Shown: positions 51,460 through 61,288 of the stretch, one piece after another | Layout: each line of letters starts with the position of its first letter | Position numbering within the stretch: the first letter of the stretch is position 1 | Assembly (NCBI GenBank): GCA_963807605.1 | Contig: CAWECG010000004.1 | Location: forward strand, 512,001 to 576,000 | Length of the DNA stretch: 64,000 nucleotides | Source of the DNA: Candidatus Bathyarchaeota archaeon | GTDB lineage: Archaea > Thermoproteota > Bathyarchaeia > 40CM-2-53-6 > RBG-13-38-9 | Direction: 5' to 3' | Notes under the pieces: model-generated | The model's input: the letters and a program-made list of their open reading frames with translations, nothing else | The model's database searches: none | Told to the model about the DNA's origin: nothing | Translations under genes and position numbers: made by a program

Positions 51460-52803
51460 GTGAACTTACCCACCCCTAAAGGGTGTGGGCTTCTCCCCTT
51501 GCGGATAGAGAAGTTCCTGCTTCAGCGACGAAACATGCCCACCAATGGTGGGTAGAGGCTTCATCTCCACAGGCGTGTATTCGGATGGTTCCCCCCCTAT
51601 TTTTTCCAGTCCTAAACGCCTTATATTGAGTGATGCATTGAAGTCCCTATCAATATTTAGCCTACAATGGGGACACTTGTGTATCCTCACTGCAAGAGTC
51701 TTAGGAACCTTAGCGCCACATCCACTGCAATCCTGGCTGGTGTTCTGGGGCGGTACTTGGATTCGTAGTTTACAGGCGGTTTCAGCCTTGTACCCCACCA
51801 TCATTCCAAATCTTCCCCATGAAGCATCAGCCATATTCTTGGCATTAGGGATCCCCTGCATCAAATCCTGAATATTCAGAATCTTCCATGCAGATTACAT
51901 CGTGTTTGTCAACGTAGTATCTTGAGAGTTTGTGTAAGAAGTCATTTCTGCAATTTGTTATGTTCTCATGGATTGATGCAACCTTGACCTTCTGTTTCAT
52001 CCTGTTTCTTGATTCCTTCTTCTTTCTTGATAGCTGCCTTTGCTCTTTTTGGAGTCTCTTCAGTTTTTTGTCGATGTTATGCGGGTGAGGGGTCACTCTT
52101 CCATTAGAATCGTAGGCATAGTTTATTATGCCAACATCTATCCCAACAGTTTTGCTTCTGTCCGCTGGCTGAGTATTTATCGGATGGTCATATTCGATGG
52201 AGGTTATTGCATACCACTTGCCGTTCGCAGACCGCTTGATAATGATCTGTTTGACTTCGCCCTCAACCTTCCTATGCAGCCGTATTGGGATGTCTCCTAT
52301 CTTGCTGAGGTGGAGCAATCCCATCTGTCGTATGTGCTTTGCACCATGCTTGATTGAGAATCCAGATTGGTTGTAGATGAAGGCCTTGAACCATCCACGT
52401 CCCTTGAATCTTAGTCTCCCAACCTTCCTGCCTTTCTTCTTCATCTGTGAGAGTGCCCTGAGATTGGAGTACAGTTGGTAGAGGACGTATTGCCGTGTCT
52501 TTGAGTGTAGCTTCTCAAGCTCAGGCTTGTATCTGCATAGGGCAGGGATCATCTCTTGTAGAAGTATCCTGTTTGGCACCTTTACACTGCACCTAACTAT
52601 TCCCAAGAAGTAGTTGTAGAGCCACCGGCAAAGCTCAAGGATTGCAGACATCTCCTCCTCTTGTTCCCTTGTTGGGTAAAGCCTACAGCGCACTGAAGAC
52701 TGCATTGTACTCACCATATTTTTTGTAAACTCCGCTTATAATGCTGATACCAGTTCGCTTTCATCCCACCCCTAAAGGGTGTAGGATTTCCCGCTCACCT
52801 TTT
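51460..52803 (-). mobile_element. tnpB element T7 (sibling of T6)
   Basis: Target TTAA (52804-52807); ends as in T6. Confidence 0.88.
51466..52717 (-). pseudogene. tnpB: Frameshifted tnpB
   Basis: One extra base at ~51881, right after the RuvC-II ED. Confidence 0.88.
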
Positions 52804-52873
52804 TTAAGGTGTAGCTGAAGACACGCTTCGGCGGCTCAAAATCTTCGCAACACTCAATGAGATTAAGTGTGGG

Positions 52874-54694
52874 CTATTCCACTGTAACGGACTTCGCCAA
52901 GTTTCTAGGCTTGTCTGGATCACAACCCCTTTCAACAGCCATCCAATAGGCGAATAGTTGCAACGGTATGACATACACCAAAGGTGTAAGAAGACTCATA
53001 ATAGAGACTGGAATCTCAATAGTATCGTCGAGTATCTCTCTCAGCTTATCGTCGTCCCCGTCGATCACGCCGATGACCGACGCATTTCGAGCCTTCATCT
53101 CCATGATGTTTCCAATAATCTTATGATGCGTCGCGTCTTTTGGAGCGATGAAGATTATCGGGTATTGTGGCTCAACAACAGCGATGAAGCCGTGCTTGCT
53201 CTCACCCGCCGGATACGAAAGAGAAGGAATATACGTCAGCTCAAGAAGCTTCAGCCTCGACTCCAAGGCGGTGGTTACATTTATACCCCGTGCCAAGAAA
53301 CAGAAACTCAATCTATCTTTATACTTCTTCGCCAACTCACGAACCCTGGGTTCTGTCAACAGGGCCTTCTCCATTGCTGTTGGTACGTCCCGGAGGCTTC
53401 TCTTGAGCTTCGCCAATTCTTCATCGGAGAGTGTCTTCCGCTTCTCAGCTAGGACAAGGGCAAGATTTGTCAGAACTGAGACTTGAGACGTGAAGGTCTT
53501 GGTTGCGGCAACACCCACCTCAGGCCCCGAATTCTGACCTATGTAAACCTCGGAGAGCCTTGTAAGAGTCGAAGCCATAACATTCGTGATGCCGAGTATG
53601 GAGGCGCCCATCTTCTTTGCGACACGTACGGCTTCAAGTGTGTCTGCAGTCTCACCAGATTGGCTAACCGCCAAGATGACCGAATGCTCATCAACTGTAT
53701 GACCGTACTGCTCAGTAAACTCAGAAGCGATCACAGGCTGCGTGCGGAGTCCCGCCAACTTAGTGAACAGATAAGACGCCGCGAGACAGGCATGATAAGA
53801 CGTGCCGCAAGCAAGCAGAAATACTTGCTTGGCCTTGTCTAACTTGGACGCCATCAACCCATAATATATCGGCTGTATCCTTAAGACGTTCCTGATTGCT
53901 GAGGGTTGCTCATGAATCTCTTTAATCATGAAATGCCTATACCCAGCTTTTGTTGCATCTTCAGCACTCCAGGTGATCTCTAGGACTTCTCGTTCCAGCT
54001 CTTGGCCAGTCTTGAGATTAGTCAGCCTAACTCTGTCTGATTCAAGGACAGCAAGATCTTCTTCTTCTAAGACAATGGCTCTTCTAGTAAGGGGCAAGAA
54101 GGCGGAGATATCTGACGCACAATACTTAGCAGAGCTTCCGAGTCCGATTACAAGTGGGCTCTCCTTTTTGACACAGACGATTACGTCAGGTTGGGCGGTT
54201 GAGATTGCCGCAATTGCGTATGAGCCCTCTAGCCGTTTGGCGGCAAGCCTTACCGCCTCTACAAAATCTTCGCCGTCTGCCAGATACTCTTCAACAAGAT
54301 GAGGGATAACTTCAGTGTCTGTCCTCGATCTGAATACGTGGTTTCTTCCCTCAAGCTCCTTCCTCAGCTCTAGAAAATTCTCTATTATTCCATTATGTAC
54401 GACCGCAACATCGAACTTACAGCTGTAATGGGGGTGGGCATTCTCCATTGAGGGCATACCATGCGTAGCCCATCTGGTGTGGCCCACACCAACGCTTCCG
54501 TCCATCTCATCTAACTGCAGCTTCAGATTTACTTCTTCGATCGACCCACGGTCCTTCTTCGTCTCCAAACCCTTGTTCGAGACCGTGCTAATACCTACTG
54601 AGTCGTAGCCTCTGTACTCAAGACGCTTTAATGCGCTATGTATGATCGGTGCGGCTCTGTCTTCCTTCAAGACAACTCCGAAAATGCCACACAA
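52874..54694 (-). CDS. glmS: Glutamine--fructose-6-phosphate aminotransferase
   Basis: MCGI, EYRGYDS, HTRWATHG, SQSGET, PRNLAKSVTVE. Confidence 0.97.
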   Translation of the reverse strand: MCGIFGVVLKEDRAAPIIHSALKRLEYRGYDSVGISTVSNKGLETKKDRGSIEEVNLKLQLDEMDGSVGVGHTRWATHGMPSMENAHPHYSCKFDVAVVHNGIIENFLELRKELEGRNHVFRSRTDTEVIPHLVEEYLADGEDFVEAVRLAAKRLEGSYAIAAISTAQPDVIVCVKKESPLVIGLGSSAKYCASDISAFLPLTRRAIVLEEEDLAVLESDRVRLTNLKTGQELEREVLEITWSAEDATKAGYRHFMIKEIHEQPSAIRNVLRIQPIYYGLMASKLDKAKQVFLLACGTSYHACLAASYLFTKLAGLRTQPVIASEFTEQYGHTVDEHSVILAVSQSGETADTLEAVRVAKKMGASILGITNVMASTLTRLSEVYIGQNSGPEVGVAATKTFTSQVSVLTNLALVLAEKRKTLSDEELAKLKRSLRDVPTAMEKALLTEPRVRELAKKYKDRLSFCFLARGINVTTALESRLKLLELTYIPSLSYPAGESKHGFIAVVEPQYPIIFIAPKDATHHKIIGNIMEMKARNASVIGVIDGDDDKLREILDDTIEIPVSIMSLLTPLVYVIPLQLFAYWMAVERGCDPDKPRNLAKSVTVE

Positions 54695-54718
54695 TCTACC
54701 CGATCCTCCCTGATTTCA

Positions 54719-55774
54719 TCAAGATCCCCCAAGGAAACCCACACCATTTATGGGTGGGAGGAATTGGGGGGCCTCGTACCTACTGAATATTTGCTGATTG
54801 AAAAGTCGCTTGCACTCTTCTAGTTTCGCAGTCTGTGTAAAACGTTTGTTTGTCAGACTAAATCTATGCAGTGATAGGCCATCCATGAATCCTCCAACTC
54901 TAGCAAGTCTGTTCTGATACTGTACTACGTCACCTTTCCTAAATGGTGGAATACTCCATGAACCACCGTACCTTCTGCGGATGTCACCCTTGTCAGGTTC
55001 AAGCCTGTGGAGCTGACGCCTAGTGTACTCGAAGCGTTTCCATACCCAGAACTCAGGTGGGTAGGAATTTTCACAGCTTAACTCTGCACACCCAATAGCG
55101 ATAGCATCTACAGCATGGGAATCCCAAGTTAGACTGTTCTTCTTACTATTCTTTGGTAATCTAAATTTCTCTCTATACTTGGCAGTCTCAACGCCAGTAC
55201 AGAGTACAAGTTCTCCCTTCTCCTTCAAGTGTTGATAATATCTTGCTTTGCCAATCTCAACGGTGCTGAAATGTTTACCCCATCTCTTCTTGTAGTGGTT
55301 GAACCGAACATCTTCCACTACAAATCGGCTGATTGGATAGATTTTGCATAATTCGTCCGCAGCCCCAATACGGAAGTCTACTTTCGCTTTCTGGCTTGGA
55401 GCAATCCAGCCATCAGGCCTACGTCTATTATCAAAACGTTTAGCCCTTCTAGGAGTGTTCCTGTACCGTCTTGCTCTGCGCATTTCTCTACGCTGTTCAA
55501 GTTTCTTAACAATTCTTGATGGAAGCACAAGCATACCACTTGTTAAGACAACCTCTTTAGAAACTACTGCCACTCCATCCCATTTACTCCCCGGATCAAC
55601 GGCAAGGCAAATTGGTTGTATTTCAGTGCCAACTTGTCTTAGCATTTGTATGTAGAACTGCCCAAGTTTGTTCCAATGTTTCTCCGCTAATCCATCTTTG
55701 ATTAACTTTCTAGCTCTCTGAGGAGTTGTAGGCATCAATGGTTTCCCATTAACGCCCACAACAGGTATTCTCAG
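54719..55774 (-). CDS. isrB: IsrB (HNH-less IscB relative; RNA-guided nickase), ~351 aa
   Basis: GKPLMP, DPGSK, RRxRR bridge helix, VEDV, H.VDA; no HNH or zinc motif. Likely start CTG 55774 (LRIPVV) downstream of AAGGAGG; the ORF-track extension is the omega-RNA. Confidence 0.88.
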   Translation of the reverse strand: MRIPVVGVNGKPLMPTTPQRARKLIKDGLAEKHWNKLGQFYIQMLRQVGTEIQPICLAVDPGSKWDGVAVVSKEVVLTSGMLVLPSRIVKKLEQRREMRRARRYRNTPRRAKRFDNRRRPDGWIAPSQKAKVDFRIGAADELCKIYPISRFVVEDVRFNHYKKRWGKHFSTVEIGKARYYQHLKEKGELVLCTGVETAKYREKFRLPKNSKKNSLTWDSHAVDAIAIGCAELSCENSYPPEFWVWKRFEYTRRQLHRLEPDKGDIRRRYGGSWSIPPFRKGDVVQYQNRLARVGGFMDGLSLHRFSLTNKRFTQTAKLEECKRLFNQQIFSRYEAPQFLPPINGVGFLGGS

Positions 55775-56021
55775 AGCTGGCGATAAACACCCTCCTTTCG
55801 GAGTTTTGTGACTTTCGACGTTGCATGGAAGGCTTAGGCCGCCAATTTTGGTGACCATGCCATTGAGTGGTTCTGGCGAAGAGGGTAGAACTAGGTCTCG
55901 CATTCTACCGTTCTTGTAGCCTTTCACGCCGCTAACCCGACCATGATGGCCGGGCCATCTAGTCAAAGTTTGCATCAATACCACCATTTCAAGCCCACGG
56001 TTTTAACCGTGGGTCCTTGAC
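54720..56021. mobile_element. IS200/IS605-superfamily isrB element
   Basis: + strand: target TCAT | GAAA-hairpin left end ... CAAG-hairpin-TGAC right end. Confidence 0.87.
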
Positions 56022-56041
56022 TGTCTTGATTTGTTCCTTAT
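55795..56041 (-). ncRNA. IsrB omega-RNA scaffold plus 5' guide from the flank
   Basis: Begins GTCAA..CCCACGG TTAAAA CCGTGGG CTTG..TTGACTAGA..CCTAGT..CTCT..GTCGA, the usual omega-RNA layout upstream of a PLMP ORF. Confidence 0.75.
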
Positions 56042-56261
56042 CTTGGGGATCCGTTACGGAATATCAGGAATCGCTTCGATAGATTAATATATCTCGGACA
56101 GAAACGGAGTTTCCAATTCACATAGCAGGCGAAGAATATGGGTGTCCACTTTTTCGGTGATGGCGTTTACACAGGTTGTTACACTAGGCGTACCTGCCCA
56201 GTCGCCAACGATTCCTAACAAATGGTCTTTTAAGTGTACCAGACATCTAGAAGCAAGTAGC

Positions 56262-57545
56262 TTGAAGAAGACTCCTTTGGAAGTGCGCTCTGCCACATCA
56301 GCGGAGCAAGTCAGAACAAAAAGAATTATAATTGCAAAGTTCGGCGGCACGAGTCTAGCTGATAGCGAAAGAATAAGGAAGGCCGCAAAGTCCGTCACGA
56401 GAGAAATCACGAGAGGAGTCAAGGTTGTGGTAGTCGTTTCTGCAATGGGCAAGACCACTGATGCCCTTCTTGATATTCTGCAGAACTCTTCTGGAAAAGT
56501 AGTTGAGAAACACGATGCTGATGATATCCTCTCGATGGGCGAAAGAACAAGTGCAAGAGTATTCGCTGCCACCTTAAAGTCCGAGGGGATGCGCGTCAGA
56601 TATTTCGACCCAACCGATGAGGACTGGCCCATAATTACCGACGAGAACTTCTCCAATGCAAACCCAATCCTTACCGAGTGTGAGCAAAGAATCAGGAATC
56701 GCATATATCCGTTGTTAAGGGACGGAGTCGTCCCAGTCATAGCAGGATTTGTCGGTCGGACGATAAAGGGGGCCATAAGCACAATCGGAAGAGGCGGCAG
56801 TGATACAACAGCGTTTATTCTAGCCAGAGCCTTAAGGGCTGACGAAGTAATTCTGGTAACAGACTCGGACGGAATAATGACAGCAGACCCAAAACTGGTA
56901 CCAGATGCCAAGAGGCTTGAGAGAGTTGATGTCAATACCCTAGTTGGACTCGCAGATTCAGGTCAAAAGTTCATACATAGAAAAGCTCTCAAGTACAAAG
57001 ATCCCTTGATAGACGCCAGAGTCATCAACTTCTCAAGAGGCAGCCTTGAGGTGGAGGGAACCAAGGTCACGGGGGCAATAGCCTCCGAACTTGAGGTTGA
57101 TATAGCCACAGCCAATCCAGCATCAGCCTTCATGGTGATCGGTCAGGGACTCTCCGGAAACCCAAAGATAATCTCAGAACTAGCCGAGACGATTGAGAGG
57201 TATTCAGAGATTCTCGGCTTGTCAGCGAACTCTGACTCAATAATCCTTTATGTTTCACAGAAAGAAGGTATCGATCCGTTGTACAGTGACTTTCACAAAG
57301 TCTTGCTGAGACATCGCGAGGCTGTTTCTATGACCGTTCGTAAGAGCCTCGCCTATTTGAGGGTCAAAGGGGTCGGACTTGAGGAGACCCCGGGAGTCGT
57401 CGGCAAGATCTCAGAAGTTCTCAGAAGAAACGATATCAACATCTTCGGAATACTCACCATCACCTCCAGTATTCTGATCTTTGTAGATAATGCTGAGAAG
57501 GACAAAGCTCTCTCATTGATCAGGCAAGAATTAGGTGTGAACTAG
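56262..57545 (+). CDS. lysC: Aspartate kinase
   Basis: KFGGTS, VVSAMG.TTD, GE, GRGGSDTTA, ACT domains. Start taken as TTG 56262 downstream of a TTTTAA box. Confidence 0.92.
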   Translation: MKKTPLEVRSATSAEQVRTKRIIIAKFGGTSLADSERIRKAAKSVTREITRGVKVVVVVSAMGKTTDALLDILQNSSGKVVEKHDADDILSMGERTSARVFAATLKSEGMRVRYFDPTDEDWPIITDENFSNANPILTECEQRIRNRIYPLLRDGVVPVIAGFVGRTIKGAISTIGRGGSDTTAFILARALRADEVILVTDSDGIMTADPKLVPDAKRLERVDVNTLVGLADSGQKFIHRKALKYKDPLIDARVINFSRGSLEVEGTKVTGAIASELEVDIATANPASAFMVIGQGLSGNPKIISELAETIERYSEILGLSANSDSIILYVSQKEGIDPLYSDFHKVLLRHREAVSMTVRKSLAYLRVKGVGLEETPGVVGKISEVLRRNDINIFGILTITSSILIFVDNAEKDKALSLIRQELGVN

Positions 57546-57547
57546 GA

Positions 57548-58585
57548 ATGTTGAAAGTGGCCATTCTTGGAGCAACCGGCATGGTCGGTCAGAAATTCAT
57601 TGAGGTACTGCAGGGACATCCATGGTTCAGGATAGTCGCCGTCGCCGCTTCAGAGAGGAGTATCGGTATGAAGTATGGGCAGCTCGCCAAATGGAGACTT
57701 CCAATTCCTATTCCCGATGACGTTAAGGATCTTGAAGTCCTTCCCGTCGAGCCCAAACTGATAGGCGATGTAGACGTAGTGTACTCAGCCTTGCCTACTG
57801 AGGAGGCTGGCAGCGCCGAGGAGGAATTTGCCAGAGAAGGTTACATGGTCTTCAGCAACGCCTCATCTCACAGAATGGACGACGATGTTCCAATTCTCAA
57901 TCCTGAGGTCAACTGTGAGCATTCGACAATGATCGATGAGCAGAGAAGAAGGAGAGGCTGGAAGGGCGCCATCGTCACCAATCCAAACTGCACGACTGCA
58001 ATATTGACCCTCTCACTCAAACCGTTGCAGGAAGAATTCGGGATAAAGAGGATCCTAGTATCGACTATGCAGGCCATCTCTGGAGCTGGATATCCCGGCG
58101 TCGCCTCACTGGACATAGTGGACAACGTGATACCCTTCATCAAGAATGAAGAGGAGAAGGTTCAGAAAGAGACCTTGAAGATCATGGGAGAACCAAAGAG
58201 ACCTGCAGAGTTCAAGGTTTCTGCTAGCTGTCACAGAGTCAACACTATAGACGGGCACGTTGAGGCCGTATTCATCGAGACGCAGAAGGAAGCAACACCC
58301 GAAGCGGTGGCCGATGTCATGGCGAATTTCCAAGGCGAACCTCAAAGACTAGGGTTACCGACAGCGCCGAAGAATCCGATAATCGTCAGGCATGAAGAGG
58401 ATAGACCCCAACCTAGACTAGATAGAATGAGTGGGAGAGGAATGTCAGTAGTCGTCGGACGCATTATGAACGATACCGCTCTTGACGGCATCAAGTACAT
58501 AGTGCTCGGCCACAATACTGTCAGAGGAGCGGCAGGTTGCTCGATATTGAACTCGGAGTATTTCAAGACAATCGGCTACCTCTAG
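57548..58585 (+). CDS. asd: Aspartate-semialdehyde dehydrogenase
   Basis: GATG.VG, NPNC, QAISGAG, HNTVRGAAG. Confidence 0.96.
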   Translation: MLKVAILGATGMVGQKFIEVLQGHPWFRIVAVAASERSIGMKYGQLAKWRLPIPIPDDVKDLEVLPVEPKLIGDVDVVYSALPTEEAGSAEEEFAREGYMVFSNASSHRMDDDVPILNPEVNCEHSTMIDEQRRRRGWKGAIVTNPNCTTAILTLSLKPLQEEFGIKRILVSTMQAISGAGYPGVASLDIVDNVIPFIKNEEEKVQKETLKIMGEPKRPAEFKVSASCHRVNTIDGHVEAVFIETQKEATPEAVADVMANFQGEPQRLGLPTAPKNPIIVRHEEDRPQPRLDRMSGRGMSVVVGRIMNDTALDGIKYIVLGHNTVRGAAGCSILNSEYFKTIGYL

Positions 58586-58588
58586 GAG

Positions 58589-59389
58589 GTGATGTCCATG
58601 GATATTGGCAAGAGACGAAGAATCCAGAGAATATTCAGACAGGATAGCAGAACGGTCATCATTCCGATGGACCACGGCGTATCCGTAGGTCCGATCCAAG
58701 GACTGACAGATATGAAGAGCATCATTCAAAAACTCAACCAGGGAGGTGCGGATGCAATCCTCGTTCACAAAGGGATAGCGAAGAACGTAGAAACAGGACC
58801 AACAGGCCTGATAATACACCTCTCCGGAAGCACATCACTCGGACCAGACCCGCTATGGAAACGCCAAGTCTGCACAGTTATCGAGGCAATCAGACTGGGC
58901 GCAGACGCAGTCTCAGTTCACATAAACGTTGGGGCACCCAAGGAACACCATATGCTCAGCAAACTTGGAAGAATAGCAGACCGATGCGACGAACTCGGAA
59001 TACCACTCTTGGCTATGATGTACCCCCGGGGTCCAGCTGTAAAGAGTGAGCACGACCCCAAAGCCGTTGCCCACGCAGCCAGAGTCGGGGCAGAGCTCGG
59101 CGCAGACATTATCAAGACAAACTATACCGGAGACAGAGAGACTTTCAGAGAAATAGTTGCCAGCTGCCCAGTCCCGATAGTAATCGCAGGCGGACCCAAG
59201 ACAGAAAGCCTTGAAGATTTCCTCACGATGGTCTGCGACTCAATGAAGGCCGGTTCGGCTGGCGTATCCATTGGGAGGAACGTCTTCCAACATCACAACC
59301 CCGAACTGATGACCAAAGCACTCTCAGCCATTGTACATGAGGGCAGCGACGTTCAAACGGCAGTTAGAATGGTCAGTGAAAAAAGTTGA
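58589..59389 (+). CDS. aroA': 2-amino-3,7-dideoxy-D-threo-hept-6-ulosonate (ADH) synthase
   Basis: PMDHG, HKG, IHLSGST, MYPRG, GADIIKT.Y, AGGPK; precedes DHQ synthase II. Confidence 0.9.
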   Translation: MMSMDIGKRRRIQRIFRQDSRTVIIPMDHGVSVGPIQGLTDMKSIIQKLNQGGADAILVHKGIAKNVETGPTGLIIHLSGSTSLGPDPLWKRQVCTVIEAIRLGADAVSVHINVGAPKEHHMLSKLGRIADRCDELGIPLLAMMYPRGPAVKSEHDPKAVAHAARVGAELGADIIKTNYTGDRETFREIVASCPVPIVIAGGPKTESLEDFLTMVCDSMKAGSAGVSIGRNVFQHHNPELMTKALSAIVHEGSDVQTAVRMVSEKS

Positions 59390-60456
59390 AACGACTATGG
59401 ATCGAGATACCTGCCGAGCTGTCGGACACGATAAGACAGAAGCTTATGACCACCGCCTCAGAAATTGCTGACGTCTTGATGGTTTCCCCAAAGGACCTAC
59501 CACTAGCCCAAACCTTCATGAAGCCGATTGCCGGCTCCTTCAACGACGCCGATATAAGAATAGTAGAGTTCAAGGAATCCGAAGGTATTCTCTCAGCAAA
59601 GACCACGTCAAGAGAAATAGCAGTCAGGGTGACCGTAGAGACCGGTCAGGACGAAGCGAAGGTTGCAGAGGTTGCTAACCTTGGAGCCAGGTACATCATT
59701 CTTAGATGCACAAACTGGAAGACTATCCCGTTGGAGAACATAATCGCAAAGTCACGAAGCAAATCGGAGATAATAGTGGAGATATCGAGTCCAGATGAAG
59801 CAAGACTCGCAATCGAAACGTTGGAGTTGGGGGCGGACGGAGTTATCTACAAAGCCTCGAACACTGATGAAATAGCCAAAGTCGGCAACACAGTAAAGAA
59901 AGTGCTATTCAAGGTTGATTTAACCGAGGCTGAGGTCGTTCGCCTTAAGCCTTTAGGCACGGGCGCTAGAGTCTGCATCGACACATGCGACCTGATGAAG
60001 ACGCGAGAAGGCGTACTTGTTGGAAGCCAGTCGTCAGGCCTCTTCCTTGTAGAGTCAGAGACCGTAGAGAACCCCCATGTTGAAACAAGACCTTTCCGGG
60101 TTAACGCCGGCCCAGTAGCATCCTATCTATTAACCAATCCCGAGAGGACTCGCTACCTTTCCGAACTCAAGAGCGGAGACGAAGTCATGATAGTTGACTC
60201 AGAAGGGAATACTAGAACAACCAACATCTGCAGAGTTAAGATAGAATGGCGACCAATGATGATGCTTGAAGCCAGAAGCGAAGGCCGCAACTTCAATGTA
60301 ATCCTCCAGAACGCCGAGACTGTTCGACTGGTCACAAAACAAGGATCACAATCGATCTCAGAAATTAAACCCGGAGACAGGATTTTGGCAAGAATCGAGA
60401 CCGGTGGAAGACACTTCGGAATCAAAGTCGAAGAGGAATCGGTGATAGAACGGTGA
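59386..60456 (+). CDS. aroB': 3-dehydroquinate synthase II
   Basis: W..IPLEN, LE.GADG, RVCIDT, RPFRVNAG, LQNAETV, GRHFG. Confidence 0.94.
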   Translation: MKRLWIEIPAELSDTIRQKLMTTASEIADVLMVSPKDLPLAQTFMKPIAGSFNDADIRIVEFKESEGILSAKTTSREIAVRVTVETGQDEAKVAEVANLGARYIILRCTNWKTIPLENIIAKSRSKSEIIVEISSPDEARLAIETLELGADGVIYKASNTDEIAKVGNTVKKVLFKVDLTEAEVVRLKPLGTGARVCIDTCDLMKTREGVLVGSQSSGLFLVESETVENPHVETRPFRVNAGPVASYLLTNPERTRYLSELKSGDEVMIVDSEGNTRTTNICRVKIEWRPMMMLEARSEGRNFNVILQNAETVRLVTKQGSQSISEIKPGDRILARIETGGRHFGIKVEEESVIER

Positions 60457-61136
60457 AACCCAAGATTTGTCTCTCCATCATGCCACGATCCGCGGACGAG
60501 GTTAGGACGCTTCAGAGAATGGCTGAGCATAAAGGAGCCGATTTTGTGGAGATTAGACTCGACCACTTAAGGCAACCGTTGGAACTGGAAGGGCTCAGCT
60601 TGCGGACAGAGATTCCTAGAATAGCAGCAAACAGGACAGTCAAGCAGGGCGGAAAGTTCACAGGTAGCGAAGATGAGCGATTTCAGATTCTCCTCGACGC
60701 AGCTCACTCTGGATTTGATTACATCGATCTTGAAGACTCAGCTGAAAACCTTCGCGACAGAATAGATGCGATCCGATCATCGGGAGCCAAAACCATAATC
60801 TCTAATCACAATCTAGAATCGACCCCCCCTCTACGAGAATTAAAGGAAGTTTTAAGAAAGATCTCAAAATACAGACCTGATGTCTGCAAAATTGTTACGA
60901 GCGCTAAATCCCTTCAAGACAACCTTGTCACACTAGCCTTCTTGCAAGAAGCATCCAGAGAACTCAAGCTTGTGTGTTTCGCAATGGGTGAACATGGGAA
61001 GATCTCCAGAATAGTCTGCCCGATCTTTGGATCCTTTTTTACAATTGCTTCCCTAGAGAGAGGAGCCGAGACAGCGCCAGGTCAACTAACCATTGACGAT
61101 CTCAGAGCGATATATGAAAGAATGAGCCTCAATTGA
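60453..61136 (+). CDS. aroD: Type I 3-dehydroquinate dehydratase
   Basis: EIRLD, R...GG, S.H...TP, FAMG..G..SR, TAPGQ. Confidence 0.92.
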   Translation: MKPKICLSIMPRSADEVRTLQRMAEHKGADFVEIRLDHLRQPLELEGLSLRTEIPRIAANRTVKQGGKFTGSEDERFQILLDAAHSGFDYIDLEDSAENLRDRIDAIRSSGAKTIISNHNLESTPPLRELKEVLRKISKYRPDVCKIVTSAKSLQDNLVTLAFLQEASRELKLVCFAMGEHGKISRIVCPIFGSFFTIASLERGAETAPGQLTIDDLRAIYERMSLN

Positions 61137-61288
61137 TCTGCCCGAAAGACCGGGTTAGTTTCTCAGAAAACAGAGTATTGCTCAACACTGACAGAAGCTA
61201 TTTCATGCATCAATATGCTCACGGTCCACAGACCAATTACAGATACAGAAGAAACGCCATTCATTGGAGATTCAGGAGCAAACGCTAG
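61133..61288 (+). CDS. 51-aa ORF bridging aroD and aroA (possible deletion scar)
   Basis: TTG overlaps the aroD TGA, and its TAG abuts the aroA ATG. Confidence 0.35.
   Translation: MICPKDRVSFSENRVLLNTDRSYFMHQYAHGPQTNYRYRRNAIHWRFRSKR

Noticed and set aside
13212-52717. Nuclease-dead TnpB (TldR-like) regulators or Cas12f/CRISPR
   Set aside because: RuvC acidic residues are retained in the intact copies, transposon ends are present, no repeat-spacer array is visible, and no guide match elsewhere in the window was noticed by eye.
55775-55987. 71-aa N-terminal extension of isrB in the ORF track
   Set aside because: It overlaps the omega-RNA scaffold; the SD and PLMP domain indicate a start near 55774.
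54695-56100. glmS ribozyme upstream of glmS
   Set aside because: The structured region is explained by the isrB element, and no ribozyme core was recognised.
56084-56935. 283-aa antisense ORF and the many other short antisense ORFs in the track
   Set aside because: They are shadows of well-supported genes on the opposite strand and carry no motifs.
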